64,000 bases of DNA from the NCBI GenBank assembly GCA_965197475.1, contig CBDANF010000003.1, positions 1,184,001 through 1,248,000 of the forward strand, given 5' to 3'. This stretch comes from Candidatus Poribacteria bacterium (GTDB lineage Bacteria > Poribacteria > WGA-4E > WGA-3G). This document shows, piece after piece, positions 63,107 through 64,000 of the stretch (position 1 is its first letter; each line of letters begins with the position of its first letter). A program made the position numbers and the translations under genes. The notes beneath the pieces were generated by a model that was given only the letters and a program-made list of their open reading frames with translations, had not been told where the DNA came from and ran no database searches.

Positions 63107-63247
63107 CTAGTGGATTATCCATTCTAAAATTGTGAGGCGCCAAAGTAATCGGGAATCGGGGTTCCCTCCTACAAAGAGGATTATTCTGTAGGAGCGATCT
63201 CCGAATCGCGACATTTACCTATAAAATATGAATGGACAGACCACTAG
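63107..63247. mobile_element. MITE bounded by CTAG enclosing a REP doublet
   Basis: ctagtggattatccattc ... gaatggacagaccactag. Confidence 0.7.
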
Positions 63248-63364
63248 TGCTATATCCATCTAAATTTTCGGTGCAGGAGTCGCGACCAGCCAATCAACAT
63301 CGAATTCGCTGCATTCGGCGGGTCGCTCCTACGATTTATGAGATAGACTGTAATAAGGTAAATA

Positions 63365-64000
63365 TGATGGTGAAAAATCTAATGCCGCAAGCAGGGGAAA
63401 CAGAGTTGCTCGCGAAAATTTTGGCGAATGCCTTCGGAGCAGGTTTTGAGAGTTATCAGAATTGGAAGAGATCGGGCTTGATTTAAACAAAGATTTTGCT
63501 ATATTCTTTTCCAGTTTGAAACCGATGCAGGTTTCCGCAATTGTCCATCTAACAGACCCTGAAGTAATAAAACAGGTAATTGCTGCTGAAGCCGAAGGGA
63601 GTGCCGCCACAGAATATAAAGGCATAACCTATTGGAGAGTTCTGCCGAAGGTGGCGGCAACTTTGCTATATTGGAGAATACCCTCATCTTCTCACAACAG
63701 TCTGAAGTCTGCCAAAAGGTGATTGATACTCATAACGGGACGACACAAGCGATCACGCATAACCCAGATGACGGCATGTTCCGATCCGAAATTTTGAATG
63801 GGACCGATCAGTTGGGGGTTTACTTCAATGTTGAAGCTCTCACTACTAAGCACGGTGATTCACTAAAGGAAGAATTGGAATCAATGACAGAGAATCTTGA
63901 TGGCGAGGACGATCCATTATCTGTGGAAACATCGTCGATTTTAAAAAATGCGTTTAACTCGTGGGCAAAACTGATTGAACAGGTACAATTTGCGAGCGCA
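63365..64000 (+). pseudogene. Frameshifted fragment of a large (DUF3352-like?) protein, runs off window
   Basis: Three successive protein-like frames (..ANAFGAGFES / EELGLDL-like..EYKGITYW / SAEGGGNFAILENTLIF.. open to the edge). Confidence 0.55.

Overview
A 64-kb bacterial chromosomal segment, most consistent with Candidatus Poribacteria. This is an inference from the PhyH dioxygenases, LamG proteins, FlgD-like 'NxPNPxNPETWI' tail, membrane-anchored ECF sigma fusion and PQQ-type propellers. No rRNA, tRNA or CRISPR array was seen. It mixes housekeeping/catabolic genes (gnd, nagB, queF, phhB, glnT/gmaS-like, SDR, Gfo/Idh/MocA, two tandem M16C peptidases) with many secreted modular proteins and heavy mobile-DNA traffic (IS630, IS982, IS1595, several MITE families, GTAG-type REPs, many pseudogenes). 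Highlights: (1) six secreted proteins from four unrelated domain families end in one short motif, V-x(n)-K-x-x-x-[TSQ]-W-[GAS]-x-[LV]-K, a candidate C-terminal sorting signal; (2) an IS1595 element with perfect 29-bp TIRs carries its own promoter, a compact pseudoknotted RNA and two passenger ORFs; (3) a structured leader RNA precedes a GIY-YIG/T5orf172 nuclease; (4) two predicted ORFs are really one AhpD-like selenoprotein (CxxU); (5) a >1088-aa metalloprotease-LamG gene at the left edge is missing from the ORF track; (6) MITE shells of different IS families carry REP palindromes as cargo. All family assignments come from motif recognition by eye, not database searches.
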